Source: Octopus sinensis (Eukaryota). Taken from it: a stretch of 64,000 nucleotides of DNA. Each line of letters starts with the position of its first letter. Positions within the stretch are counted from its first letter, which is position 1. Made by a program: the position numbers and the translations under genes. The DNA is taken from positions 92,070,001-92,134,000 of the forward strand of contig NC_042998.1 of NCBI RefSeq assembly GCF_006345805.1, written 5' to 3'. Positions 40,235 to 54,277 of the stretch are shown here, one piece after another. A model generated the notes under the pieces. That model saw nothing but the letters and a program-made list of their open reading frames with translations. It was not told the DNA's origin and made no database searches.

Positions 40235-40732
40235 ACCTGGACAAGTGAGGCCATAACCCATGGCCCCTACCTGGAATGTAGTCAGTCCACCTATGCATAC
40301 CTTCCTTCTTGGGACACATAACTCTACTTGTGAAGACCTGTTGAGGCAAGTGAAAATGTACAAAATCAAAAGCAAACTCGATGAACATTAATGGAATTTG
40401 TAGTTTTGTGGTACCAGTGCCGGTGGCACATACGAAAACCATCCGAACATGGCCATAGCCAGTACCGCATTGACTGGCCTCCGTGCCGGTGACACGTAAA
40501 AAATACCATCCGAGCGTGGCCGTTCGCCAGACTTGTCTGGCACCTGTGTCGGTGGCACATAAAATCACCCACTACACTCTCGGAGTGGTTGGCGTTAGGA
40601 AGGGCATCCAGCTGTAGAAACACTGCCAGATCTGACTGGCCTGGTGCAGCCTTCGGGCTTCCCAGACCCCAGTTGAACCGTCCAACCCATGCTAGCATGG
40701 AAAGCGGACGTTAAACGATGATGATGATGATG
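40235..40732 (+). mobile_element. RTE LINE 3' UTR fragment with (GAT)n tail
   Basis: Homologous to 59870-60480 in the opposite orientation. Confidence 0.9.
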
Positions 40733-43700
40733 GTCGTGCTTAGTTTTAATTCTGCTTTGGGGACATATTATCTGGCATCTTATCTATGAGCAGATTTGTC
40801 TCTTATCTACTATCATGAAAATTGAGATAAGTACCAGCCTGCTTAATCATGGATGTTTATGAATTCTTTTCTACTCTAGGCACAAGGCCCGAAATTTTGG
40901 GAGAGGGGGCCAGTAGATTAGATTGATCCAGTATGCAACTGGTACATAATTTATCAACTCCAAAAGGATGAAAGGCAAAGCTGACTGCAATGGAATTTGA
41001 ACTCAGAATGTAAAGACAGATGAAATGCTTAGCAGCATTTCGTCTGGCATGCTAACATTTCTGCCAGCTCACTGCCTTAAATATACTTTTCTACTCAAGG
41101 CCCAAAGACCAAAATTTTAGGAGAGGGGCCAGTTGATAAGATTTACCCCAGTATGTAACTGGTACTTAATTTATCAACCCCAAAAGGATGAAAGGCAAAG
41201 TCGACCACGGCGGAATTTGAACTCAGACCGTAAAGACAGATGAAATACTGATAAGCATTTTGCCTGGTGTGCTAATGTTTCTTATTTCTTTATTGCCCAC
41301 AAGGGGCTAAACATAGAGGAGACAAACAAGGACAGACAAAGGGGTTAACTTTTCTGCCAGCTCACTGCCTTTGGATGTTTATGAATTGAAATGCTGATGA
41401 CAATGATGGTGAGGATGATGATAATGATAATGATGATACTAATAATAATTATTTCTAATTGAAATCAAGGGCAGGAAATTGAGGAAAGTGGAACCAGTCA
41501 ACACAATTGACTCAAGTGATAGAGTGGTAGTTTATTTTACCAATCACAAAAGGATAAAAGGCCAGGTTGACCTCAGTGGAGTTTGAACACAAAATATAAA
41601 TTTAGTGTAAGATTTGCTGATGCTCTAACCGCTCTACCACTCCACAATAATAGTAATATTTTACAACAGAAGGATAGTGAATTGGTTTAAATTTTCTAGC
41701 AGATTTAACCCTTTTGTTACCATATTTCTGTTGAAATATATTACCTTTATTGCAATTTATTTTGAGAATAATGAAGAATTTAGTAAAATAAATTTGTCTT
41801 CTTATGTTAGCGCTTGGAACAAATTAACATGAGATTTTGATGGAAGGTTTTAATTTGAATAATTTTAGACCAGAAGTTTCTATCATAGAACAAGGGATGG
41901 TCTCAAGTAGTGGATCAGTATCAAAAGAGTTAAATTTGAGTATTGGCCATTGTGAAATGGGTGTGTAATTTACAGGATGTTCAAAATTTGAATGTTGTTC
42001 TTAGAGGGAGTGGCTTGTTCAGTTCCTTTAAGTTTACAAGTGGTTCAAGAAATAGTCATTGCAGTGTAGGAGTGTATTTCCATTTAAAATGAAAGATGGG
42101 AAATCAAGGATAATAAAAAAGTATGAACAATGGAAAGAGAACATATTTTTGAGTTGATGATTAAAATCAGGAAATAGTTAATTAGCAGACAAAAAACAAA
42201 CGAATCTTATCTGAACATAGAAAATATGTGAAGGCATGGACATGTGGTTAAGTAGCACATTTCAGAACCATGTAGTTTTAGGTTCAAATTCACTGAGCAG
42301 GATCTTGCTTAACTGTCTTCTACAGCATCAGACTGACCAATACTTTGTGCATAAAATTTGATAGATGTAAATTGTTTGGAATCTTGTCATATGTGTGTGT
42401 GTGTGCGTGTTAGTGTCTATATGTATGTGTATATATATATACACATACATATAGTTGGACGATTTGACTGAGGACTAGCAAACCAGATGGCTGCACCAGG
42501 CTCCAATCTTGCTCTGGCAGAGTTCCTACAGCTGGATGCCCTTCCTAATAATTTCTTTATTGCCCACAAGGGGCTAAACATAGAGGGGACAAACAAGGAC
42601 AGACAAAGGGATTAAGTCGATTACATCGACCCCAGTGCATAACTGATACTTAATTTATCGACCCCGAAAGGATGAAAGGCAAAGTCCACCTCGGCGGAAT
42701 TTGAACTCAGAATGTAACACCAAACAAAATACTGCCAAGCATCTCGCCCGGCGTGCTAACGTTTCTGCCCTTCCTAATGCCAACCACTTTGAGAGTGTAG
42801 TGGGTGCTTTTATGTGCCACTGGCACAAGGGCCAGTCAGGCAGTACTGGCAATGGCCACCTGCACAGGAGCCAGTCCAGCGGCACTGGCAACGACCTTGC
42901 TCGAATGATTTTCATGTGTCATTGGCACAAGTGCCAGTAAGGTGACACTGGTAACGATCATGCTCAAATGGTGCTTTTTAACAATGAGGTACTTAATTTG
43001 AAAATACGTGTTGACTGTAGAATACTACCTCAAGAAATCTGATCCAATCCAGGACAGCAAGGAAACAATTGGACATAAAAACAATAGACTGAAACAATTG
43101 TAACTAATAATAAAGATGCTAAATATATTCTTTGCCCTCTTAATTAGATCATGTATCATAAAAGCAGGAAATTGGAAATTCTTTTGATATTATATATTCA
43201 CTATTACACATGTTTCATTTGCTAATAAGAATTACAAAGTTTTACTTGTTAAATAGGTATTTCCTAGAAATTCATTAGATAACACAAATTTTACATTTGG
43301 ATGAGGCATTTATATATATTTCCAGGATTCTCAATTTTGATATGTATTTTGAAATAACATATAGCTGCAACAGAGACTACATACTGGATTGTAATTATGG
43401 AATAAGCAAATGGGCTTCAAGAGGAAACAGCTAGGATTTACCTTAACTACCTATATAATAGATGTGTGTGTGTGTGTTTTAATTAGTCAGTCATCAAATT
43501 TCAGATATGCAGGGGCACTACCTTAAACGCTTAAACAAATTAACCCCAGTGTTTATTCTATTAGTCTATTTTGCAAATCTCTAAGTTATGGGGGTGTAAA
43601 CAAGTTAACACTGGGTGTTAAGACACTAACATATAGACACATATTTGTATTATATACACATATATATATATATTTACAATGGGTGTCCACACAGTTTACA

Positions 43701-44092
43701 TAGACCAAATTCACTCACAGGCATTGGTTAGCTCAAGGCTATAGTAGAAGACACTTTCCCAAAGCAAGCTTCTTAACCATGCAGCTATGCCACATCTATA
43801 TTGCTCTCTCACTCCCTCCCTCTCTATCTTCATATATATATATATATATATATGTACACAGACAGACATACATACATACATACACACACACACATATATA
43901 CAGAGAGAGTGAAAAAAATTGCACAAAAGGAAAACAAAGGAACAGATGGAAAAATTGCACATAAGATATTGACATGTTTATCCCTCATGAGTTATACATA
44001 CATATATATTAAATTTTCTTATAAAGTATGTTTATAAGTATACTTCACAATATACGGACTGTATTAAGAAGTGTTCATTGTGAACTAAATCG

Positions 44093-44308
44093 AAGGATAA
44101 AGGAAATTATAGAAGGAACACATCTAGGCAATCAATGCAAATTCCAAAGCATAATTTAAAACACACAACGAAATAAATATACATAAAAATTTATAAATAA
44201 GTGAACAAAATTACATGTAAAAGTAATATTTGAAAACTATGCATCATGTGCATTGGGAATTTGTATTGATTGCTTAGGTGTGTTCCTTCAATAATTTCCC
44301 TTATCCTT
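44093..44308. repeat. Imperfect ~60-bp inverted repeat abutting (TA)n
   Basis: AAGGATAAAGGAAATTATAGAAGGAACACATCTAGGCAATCAATGCAAATTCC is mirrored at ~44255-44308. Confidence 0.75.
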
Positions 44309-44496
44309 ATATATATATATATATATATATCATAATCATCATCATCATCATCCTTCCTTTAGCATCCATTTTCCATGCTGGCATCAGTTGGACAGTTTGA
44401 CCAGAGCTGGGAAGCTGCACCAGGTTCCAGTCTGATTTGGTTTGGTTTCTATGGCTGGATGCTCTTCCTAACACCATATATATATTTAAGTGTGTA

Positions 44497-44527
<31 letters not shown>

Positions 44528-44920
44528 TGAGAAAAACAGTAAAATAACAAAAGAATAACATAACGGTAAGATAACATATTACATTTACAGATATATATAT
44601 ATATATATACATACATATATGTGTGTGTGTGTATGTATATATATATTTTTTTGTTGTCTTGCAAGTACTTGGTGTCCCTGTCATACAAGTGCCCCTTAAA
44701 AGCACCCAGTCCACATTGGGTTGGTATTCAGAAGGGCATCCAGATGCAAAACTCCTGCTAAAACAATCACAGAAGTCTGGTGCAGACTTCTGCCTGGCTG
44801 GCTCTTCTGAAACCACCCCATCCATGCTAGTACAGAAGGCAGATGTTAAACGATGATGATGATGATGATGATGATAATGTGTATGTGTGTGTGTGTATGT
44901 GAATATATATATAAGTCATA

Positions 44921-44992
<72 letters not shown>

Positions 44993-44997
<5 letters not shown>

Positions 44998-45258
44998 AAA
45001 ACAGAAAATGGAGATAACATTGACGAACAATTGATTTCCATCAATTACTATTTATTAATAATTTACATCAGTTTTATCTCCATTTTCTGTTTTCTTTAAA
45101 TTTTGATTCCTGATAAACTCCTGTTTATCCTTGGCTCAACCTATAATTTATGAGCATAACATTTTTGCCCATGTTTAAATATAGGTAACATACCGGTAAT
45201 ATTTTGGATACTTTTATCCCTTAGACAGTTATTTCAACCTCTAGCTCAACTGACCTTA
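44993..45258 (-). repeat. (TA)n-embedded island with a perfect 25-bp inverted repeat and hammerhead-like remnants
   Basis: 44993-45017 is inverted at 45074-45098. The spacer reads CTGATGT..GAAATCAATTGTTC on the minus strand; GAAATAACTGTCTAAGG occurs at ~45218-45234(-). Confidence 0.55.
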
Positions 45259-47599
45259 TATATATGTGTGTATATATATATACACCCTAGGAAGAATGAA
45301 AATTAAGTTTTTATAGCAGTTTTATGTATAGTTGTTATGAAATAAATCTTATTTTTCTGTAGCAGCATGTTTCATGCTTATATCATTTATGATACAAACA
45401 TTCAGCCAAGGATTTACACAAACTAACCAGTCATATTAAAGTTTTGAAGTTGAAAAAGAAAATTGCTGAAGGTGAGTACTTCATTCTAAGTGGTCCTAAC
45501 ACATTCCACTACATAGATAAAATCAGGATTTATGGTGAGGAAATGGGTGAGGAGAGAGATGAGAAACCAAGATATGATATGAAATAAGCAGAAGACCTTC
45601 CTATCCACACACGAAAAAATAAATGAAGGAAATGGAATGTTTATGATGCAGTTTTTCTTGAAGAGAAAATTACTACCCAGTATTGTTTTGGAACACCCAT
45701 CCATTAATTTTTCATTTGTAATATCTATTAACTAACAGATGATATTTTGCTCATCATTTTAATTGCCTCATCTAATTCTCTTATATTAACAACCACTATC
45801 TAGTAAAATATCTATGTAATGTGAAAGAGCCTCTGTGGGGATCATTTGATCTTCTAGAAATAACTGCCAAATCTTCCTCAAATGACTGTGTATCACCTTT
45901 ATAAAAAGAAAAATGGACATATAAATATGATGTGATCCTTGGTACACTTTGTCTGATAAACAAAAGATAATAGTCACAGTTAAAGTTTTTCTTTATTTGT
46001 AGGACTACCCATTCAGACTTGGATCTAAACAGGTATCATGCTAAACATATATCATGCAAAGAAGCCTCTGCCTGTGGCTGTTTGATCTGCATGAAATAGC
46101 AGTAAAATCTCCCCCAAATCACACTTTATAATTTTTTAAGAAAAGAGAAAGACACATTGGATAATGTAAGCTACAATACATCATGAAAAAATATCATCAC
46201 TAGAATATCTTTAATGATAGTCGATTCAATCAGTGCCAACTTTAAACCAAACAACAACAATATCGGTTTCAAATTTTGGCACAAGGCCAGAAATTTTGAA
46301 GAGGGAGCAATTTGATTACATTGACCCCAGTGCTCAACTGGTACTTATTTTATTGACCCCTGAAAGGATGATAGACGAAGTCAACCCCAGTAGAATTTGA
46401 ATTCGGAACATAAGGATGGATGAAATTCCACTATACATTTTACTCGGCATTCTAGCAATTCTGCCAAACAACAACAATATTAATAGTACATTGTAATGTG
46501 CCTATAAACATTTTGATTAACACTTATCTGAATATTCTCTGCTTTGTTTCAATAACAATATTCTATGCTGGAATAAAAGAAATTACATAGCCAGTATTGA
46601 TATCCATAAAGTCTAGGTTGAATAAAGGTAAAATTATGTCTTTCTATAACAATAGTATCATAATGAAAATATTTCATACAATATTTTCTGATTGTAAATT
46701 CTCAAATGGGGGAAAATGTGAAAAACAATTTCTTAAATCTGCTTATTCTCTGCATTGTTATTTCTTTTCCCTATTTTCTTTTCTTTCTTTTTTTATTGTC
46801 AGAAATGTAAGAAACTATACAGTATTGTACAACTGTCAGTTTGATGCAGATGTATTGTTAATTGAAATGTGAGTCAATAATGAATTATAGATGTTGTATA
46901 ATTATAATGAACTTGTTGTATAGGGTTGAAGTATTTTCAAGCTTTGAAGAAGAAAAAAAAAAGACTTTATGAAATGGTAATCAAAGGATTGGGTTGAAAA
47001 TTATTTTTAGAACTGTTTTATAATTTCTTTGATAACATGTTTTTAGAAGTATGTTATAATTTCTCTGATAAAATGCTTGGTTATTTCATTATGCTTGTAT
47101 AATAATTTTTTTTCTATTGTTTTCTTTCTTCTTTTTTTGTTTTTTCAAAACCTAGATTCCTAAATTGACACTAATTGTAACCTCAGAATCTCTTGACCTT
47201 ATGCAAAGAATATTCAGTCAAATTTATGATTCATGAATAACAATGCTAAAGAAATGTTTAAAATAATTTGTCAAAATATTGTTATGATTCTGTCTTTTAC
47301 ATAAAATATTTTTGTATGTAACTGTTGCATTTCTTAAACAGCTTGTGTGCATCATTGCATGTTGCATCTCAATAAAACATTATACCACTACAAAACAAAT
47401 ATTACTTCTGCATCACCACCTTTGCAACAATAATACAAAAAAGATTTTTACCCTTAATCCAATTCTAACCCTAAATACTAATCATGATCTTTATACTAAT
47501 CATAATCTTTACTCTTAATCTTAAACTACAATTCTAAACTCTAAAATCCTAACTCTATACATTATCTTTTCAATAGTGTAAATTAGCCATTTTTCATTT

Positions 47600-49532
47600 T
47601 CCAGACAACATTTAAAAACATTGATGAGAAAAGTGAAGCCATAAAATGAGTTATTTCTAGTTACAAAAAAAGCACTTCTGTTTTAGTTCAAATGCTTGGA
47701 ACCAAAAATAAAGCCAACGAATGTAGTTACACAATTGCTCAATGTATAGCTGAGAAAGATAAACCTTTTACAGACGGAGAATTTATCAGAACTGCTTTTC
47801 TGAGAAGTGCTAAAATTTTTATTCAATAATTTACCAAATGCTGAAACAATTCTGTCTCAAATTCAAGAAATACCAGCTTTTGCATTGAGAGACGTATAAC
47901 TTATATAACTGAAAACATAACAATAAAACAAAAAGTTGGATTACAAAAAGCTGTTGCATTCAGTGTTGCTATCGATGAAAGTGCTGATGTGAATGACATG
48001 GCATGCCTAGAAATTATTGCAAGATACTGTGACAATGATCAAATGATCATATTTAGGAAGAATTATGTTGTTTGATTTCTCTTACCAATACAATTACAGG
48101 ACAGGACATTCTGACTCCATTTGTAAATTATTTTGAAAATAAAATATTTTATGTTACTACTGATGGTGCATATACAATGGTTGGAAAGGAAAAAGGATTT
48201 ATTAAGCTTCTTGAAAATCATATTGGATGCAATGTAATGAGTTTTAATTACATTATACATCAGAAAAAATTAGTTGTAAAAATTTCATCACAAAGCTTGA
48301 GTTCTGTCATGGAAAGTGTTGCTAAAATAGTTAACTTCATAGTTTCTCTCTGTTCACTGACTCACAGATAATTTAAGTCCCTTCTGCAAGAATTGGACAG
48401 CGAATATGCAGACCTCCTACAACACAGTAATGTCCATTGGCTTAGTTGGGTTAATGTTTTGAACAGATTTGTATCATGCTTAGAAGAAATCAAAATATTT
48501 CTTGAAGGGAAATATTTCCCAGAATTGAACAATGAAGACTGGTTATTTAAATTGATGTCTCTAACTGACATAAGCAAACACTTGAATGATTTAAATTTGC
48601 ATTTACAAGGGAGAGATCAAACAGTACTTGATCTTTTTGAACACTAGAAAATTAGATTTTTTTTTGGTGTGATATACTTAACAACACTTACAAATATTTT
48701 CCAAATGTAAAAGCTTATTCAAATTGATTTAATGTTAATAAAAATGAACTTCAAAAATATATTGCAACGTCAAAAGAGAAATTTTCGAAGCGAGGTAAAG
48801 ATTTTGAAATTTACACTCCTATACTTTTCTTACTCATCAAGCCCAACTTGATTGATTTGAAAATGAACCCATTTGATCTATCACTTTTTGAGTGGATGCA
48901 CGTCGATAGTTTTGAAATAGAAATGATTGAATTAACAACTTCAGAATTGTGGAAAACAAGATTTGTGGAATTACGAAATACTCTTGAAAGAAGCTGCTTG
49001 GAGAAGTCTGTTGCTATCTTCAATTGCTGGATGTCATTGCCTGAAAGATCCAATTTTTTTAAGAAAATTTCATATGCTCTGCTTTCAGCCTTTGGCTCAA
49101 GATATACGTATAAACAAATTTTTCCACATATGAAATCTGTTTTGGGTTCCCAAAGATATTGTCTGACAATTCAACATTCGGAAGCTTGCATGAAGCTAAA
49201 AGTCACAAATTATGCACTTGATATTGAGAAATTAAGCAAAAATGTACAGAGACAAGGTTCTCATTAATTTATAGAAATTTAATGTAACTGTTGTTTATAA
49301 TTTGCTTATAAAATTGTTCTGTTGTTTATAATTTGAAAAATTTTTTGAATTTAATTTTTTAAATAAAATTATATTTGTTTTCATGCAAATTGAATTATCA
49401 AAGGATTAATAAAATAGGTTTCTGCTATAGTGAGTTTCAAAAGCATAAACTCTACTAATAAAAAATTGGCTCGCACAATGCTTTTAGAAGCTAGATTTGG
49501 CACTCAAAAGTGCCAAATCTAGCTTTTGCCTG
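47600..49532 (+). mobile_element. hAT transposon relic (Buster/SPIN, GTF2IRD2-like transposase), pseudogenised, left end not found
   Basis: KPFTDGEFI, FSVAIDESADVND, TTDGAYTMVG, HSNVHWLS, LNLHLQG, LLSAFGSRYTYKQIF; stop at 49267; ends ..GCCTG followed by CTCTAGAA, a Buster-type target. Confidence 0.92.
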
Positions 49533-49811
49533 CTCTAGAATATGCCAAACCGCTAAGTTATAGAGACAAACAAAACAACACAAGTTGCCAAGTGGTGGTA
49601 GTAAACATGCACAAGCACAAAGACTCTCAAACATATATACATATAACATCCTTCTTTCAAGCATCTTAACCTGGAACCTGTGGCTTCTTACCACAAAGCC
49701 ACACCTGTGCCTATACACACACACATATACATACATACATACACACATACATGCATACATACATACATACACACATACATGCATACATACATACATACAT
49801 ACATACATACA

Positions 49812-50125
49812 CCGTTGGCATCCTTTTTGTCTCGGGAGACAATGGAGTTGCGCATAAAATAATCTAGTCCGGCTTTTACATTTCATGTCCTAATACATCT
49901 CCTGCTGTGGCTGTGTAATCCTATCCTTTTACAAACACTCCCTCTGGCAGGTGCCGCAAATGTAGCAAAGACTTTGCCTGGCTGGTTGTAATGTCATAGT
50001 TTCTTGTTGACGTCTTTTCGATTTCTCCTCTCTCCCTCTGTCACTCCTTTGTGTTCCCTCTTTTACGGTATGCTGCCAATCTCCACGGTTGCTGGCAACT
50101 GCTTCCAGTTGCTAATATTGATGTT
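49812..50125 (-). mobile_element. 3' fragment of a second RTE family (BovB-like)
   Basis: Minus strand INISNWKQ.. and CKRIGLHSHSRRC resemble the RTE/BovB C-terminal zinc finger, followed by a short 3' UTR. Confidence 0.7.
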
Positions 50126-51469
50126 GCAGTGTTTATGTATGTGTGTGTCTTTGTTCCCTTACTGCTTGACAGCTGGCGTTTGTTTACATCCTCATAACTT
50201 GGTGGTTTAGCAAAAAAAACTGACAGAATAAGTACCAGACTTTAAAGAAAGATGTAAGTGCTGGGGTTAGTTTTTCTCAACGAAACCCTTCAAAGTGGTG
50301 GCCAAACAGTTAAAAGATAAAAGATAAAAGACAGACCTACAAGGTGGTGCCTTGATTAAAGAGTAAAATAGTATCCAAATTTTGAACATAGTATGTAATT
50401 TAAATCCAGCAGCTGGACCAAGTGTGCCTAGATAGAAACATTATACTCTCAGGAGCTTTAAATTGAACAGAGATTATTGTAGTAGCAGTAGTAGAAGTTG
50501 ACACATAAGAAAGACATGTCTTACATCATCATAATTGTTTAATGTCTGTCTTCCATACTGACATGATTTGCATAGTTTGACTGGAACTGGAAAACCAAAG
50601 GAGAGCACTGAGCTCCAAAGTCTGCTTTGACATGGTTTCCATGGTTAGATATCTTTCCTCAAGCTAACCACTTCACAGAGTGTACTGGGTATTTTTTGCA
50701 TGGCACCAGCATGAATGATGCCACCAAGTAACTTACAAGACAAAATCCCTCAAATGAGTGGGAAGTAGTATTGAGGGAGTTTAACTTTATGCCAGATGTA
50801 GAGAGGTTAAAGTGTGCTAGGGAGACAGGAACAGAGGTCTTGCTGAAGAGGAGATATATGGGTTCGTCTGCTGGAAAGATAGAAAGAGATGGTGAGGGTG
50901 TCCCTCAAGATACAAGGTGAATATAAGAATTAAAATCCTGTCAGGATAAACTCTCTCTTTTATCCTTCTTGGATCAATAGAATAAGTATTTGTTAAATGA
51001 TGAAACAGATTTAATGAACAGAACAGTACCACAATCCTCCTCTTAACATAAATAAATAAATATATGAATAAAAATAAAATAAAATAATAATAATTGTGGA
51101 CATTTGTATTAGTTCAAAATCATTATTATCATTTTGAGTATGTTATAACAATTGTTATTTTAAAACATATTAGAAATAATTATTATTGTTATTTATCTAT
51201 ATATTCTGTCAAACATTTTGGAAAAATTCCAATTTTTTTTTTGTATCAAGATCTAGAATTTAAAATATAATTTCAACAGACAAATTGAAAACAAATGTAT
51301 CTAAGTGGAATTGTTTTAAAAGTAAGTTTAGAACAACACAGAATAGTAGTAATGGTGGGGTTGGTTGTGATAATGACAGTGGTATTGGTGGTTGTAGTGG
51401 TAGTGGTGGCTGGTTGTAAAGGTAGTGGTAGTGGTTGTTATTGTTACTGTGGTGGTGGTGGTGGTAGTT

Positions 51470-51514
<45 letters not shown>

Positions 51515-51833
51515 CAGTAGCAATAGTAGTAGCAGTAGTAGTTGTAGCAGCAACACTAGCAGCAGACCAAGAGCAGAGATACTAATCAGCAGTGGAGAAA
51601 TGTTCTTGATGATTGAGTGACACAAATATTTTTGTCTTTGAAGATATTTCTGGATCTAATTCAGCAAATAGCATTTATATTTTTTTTAACCAAAAACTTA
51701 TCTGTGGTACAATTATCATTAAAGTTTGTGCTTTTTGCTGATAGCCTCTAAAATATGCTCAGATAAAAATTCTTTAACTTTATATACTAAGAGCAAAAAA
51801 GATGTTTCTGATATTGCAGGGTTTACAAACATT

Positions 51834-51904
51834 TTAGTGAGTGACTCCTGGGTCAATTGCTCTAAGGTGACAGTGATATTTATCAATAAAGGAGATAGCA
51901 TTCA
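51834..51904 (-). other. Candidate terminal coding exon of an unidentified gene
   Basis: Branch/acceptor-like TCTAACATCAGTTTTACAG followed by NAISFIDKYHCHLRAIDPGVTH* in unique sequence; no homology recognised. Confidence 0.25.
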
Positions 51905-53026
51905 CTGTAAAACTGATGTTAGATAAATAGGTCTATTTTTACTGTATTTGAAAAGTATGTTACTTTAATATTTCTTTTTTTCTAATTTTGGCAGAACACC
52001 AGAAATTTTGAGGAGAGGGGCAAGGTGATCACATTGACCCCATTTCTCAACTGATATCTATTTTATTGACCCCAAAAGGATGATAAAGTTAGCCTTGGCA
52101 GAATCAGAACAATTCTACCAGCTTACTTCCTTGTGTTACTTCTATAGTCATTAAGCTAAATTCATTATTTTGCAAATAGAAGCAAGTGTAGCTTATGGTT
52201 AAGAAGTTTACTTCACAACCATGTGGTTGTAGTCTGAGATTTTAATTCCACAGAGCAACACCTTAAATAGGTACCTTCTACTGTAACCTTTGGTTAGTCA
52301 GTGCATTATAAGTTAGATTTGGCATACAGAACCCTTTTATCAAATGCACATGGGCAGGCACCCCATTGTCGATGAAATCCTTAACAGAATTCCAGGCTAC
52401 ATTTGTCATAGAAAATTGAATTCAAAATCGGAGGTTGCCATCTAAAAGCTTATGGCTAGCACCCCCGATATAGATATATGACCACAATAAGAAAGTAGTT
52501 ATACTCAAAAACTAAGTTGATAGCAATCATCTTCTCATGATAATATAAATACATGCTTTCTTTACTATTAATATTTGGAAAGTTTACTGCTTCTCAGAGA
52601 TGTCTCTGACTTTCTTCCCCAATCAATAATAAAGAGCATTCATCTGATTTATAAATCAATCATAAATAAAGAATAGCCCTGGTCAGCTTCAATAAAATGA
52701 AGCTATGATCCAAAATATACTAACCATGACCATTTTATTATTTTCTTTCTCTGCATACATTGTGCCAAAGAATAAATTATTCTATACATCCTTCTGTTAT
52801 TAAGACAGTAGGGTGTGATTTAAAGGAGATTTGGCTGCTGGTTCTTGCTGTGACCCCATAGAAGCTCTCTTCACCTCATTGATTCATTATCTGTCTTGTG
52901 TATCACTGCTGAACATTTTAAAATTTTACACAGAACTGACTTCTTTCATATATCTAGTTTTACTATGAATTATATGATTTTAAAAAACCACAAAAGACAC
53001 AGTGTCAGAAACTGAAGTAAAAACTA

Positions 53027-53430
53027 GGAGTGGCTGTGTGGTAAGTAGCCTGCTTACGAACCACATAGTTGCGGGTTCAGTCCCACTGCATGGCATCTTA
53101 GGCAAGTGTCTTCTACTATAGCCTCTAGCCGACCAAAGCCTTGTGAGTGGATTTGGTAGACGGAAACTGAAAGAAGCTTGTCGTATATATGTATATATAT
53201 ATATGTGTGTGTGTGTATGTTTATGTGTCTGTGTTTGTCCCCCTAGCATTGCTTGACAACCGATGCTGGTGTGTTTACATCGCCATAACTTAGCGGTTCG
53301 GCATAAGAGACCGATAGAATAAGTACTGGGCTTACAAAGAATAAGTCCTGGGGTCAATTTGCTCGACTAAAGGCGGTGGTCCAGCATGGCTGCAGTCAAA
53401 TGACTGAAACAAGTAAAAAGAGAAAAAAGA
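53027..53430 (+). mobile_element. tRNA-derived SINE, family B (internal (TA)/(TG) tract)
   Basis: TGGCTGTGTGGTAAG (A box), GGTTCAGTCCC (B box), tail ..GACTGAAACAAGTAAAAAG. Other copies at ~22150-22315(-), 23260-23420(-), 24295-24660(+), 42235-42400(+), 43480-43790(-), 49535-49710(-), 50140-50330(+), 52190-52330(+) and 56895-57230(-). Confidence 0.9.
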
Positions 53431-54277
53431 GATACATTAAACTGATTCCTTCCATAATTCCAAAAACAGTTATGGGGATGAGATTTCCAGCACTGCCTCC
53501 AATACCAGAATCAGCAGTACCAGCAGTAGCACTACCACCACCACCATCATCATCATCATCGTCATCATTGTTGTCATTATCATCCTCATCATCATAGTCA
53601 TCGTCGTTGTCATCGTTGTCATCATTGTTGTTGTCGTTGTCGTCATCATCATTATCATCATTACTACTATCATCAACATTATCCTCAATTTAACTCCAAT
53701 TTTCCATACTTGTATGTGTCAGACAGAATTCAAAAAGACAGATTTTCTATGGCTGGATGCTTTTCCTGTCACCAGCCCTCACCTATTTCCAAGCGCTGTA
53801 ATATATCATCATGACTAGACATGATTGCATGGAGGACTGGAAATGAGGGACACTGCTTGTACAACAGTGATGCTTATTTACAACTATCAAACAATATTGA
53901 GACAAGGTAACACAAAAACACACACCTTAAGGTTTGAGTAGTTCTTATTCAGACTCACTATAAAGCTTGACAGGCTAGAAGACTACATCTCACTCTAACT
54001 TTAAATTTTGGCTTAGTTTCTATACAGCTGGATGTTCTTCTGGTCACCAGCATTAGAGAAGTTGTGTCAGTAGCAAGACTAAAGGTTTTCTCAACCCTAC
54101 ATTCCTCATCCTCATCATCATTTTAATATCCACTTTCACCTGCTTGCAGAGATCAGACAGAATTTGTTGAGTCAGATTGTCTACAGCTGGATGCCCTTCC
54201 TGTTGCCAACCCTTACCTATTTCTAAACAAGGTAATATTTCTTCCTATCACCAACCTTTATACAGATTGTATTGAGT

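Noticed and set aside
47450-47560. Degenerate CCCTAA-like repeats suggesting an interstitial telomere
   Set aside because: Only one exact TAACCCTAA; too degenerate to distinguish from low-complexity or TE-internal repeats.
51260-51625. 121-aa ORF with a signal-peptide-like Leu run and poly-Tyr/His (also 53376-53688)
   Set aside because: Produced by (GTA)n, (GGT)n and (CAT)n trinucleotide repeats.
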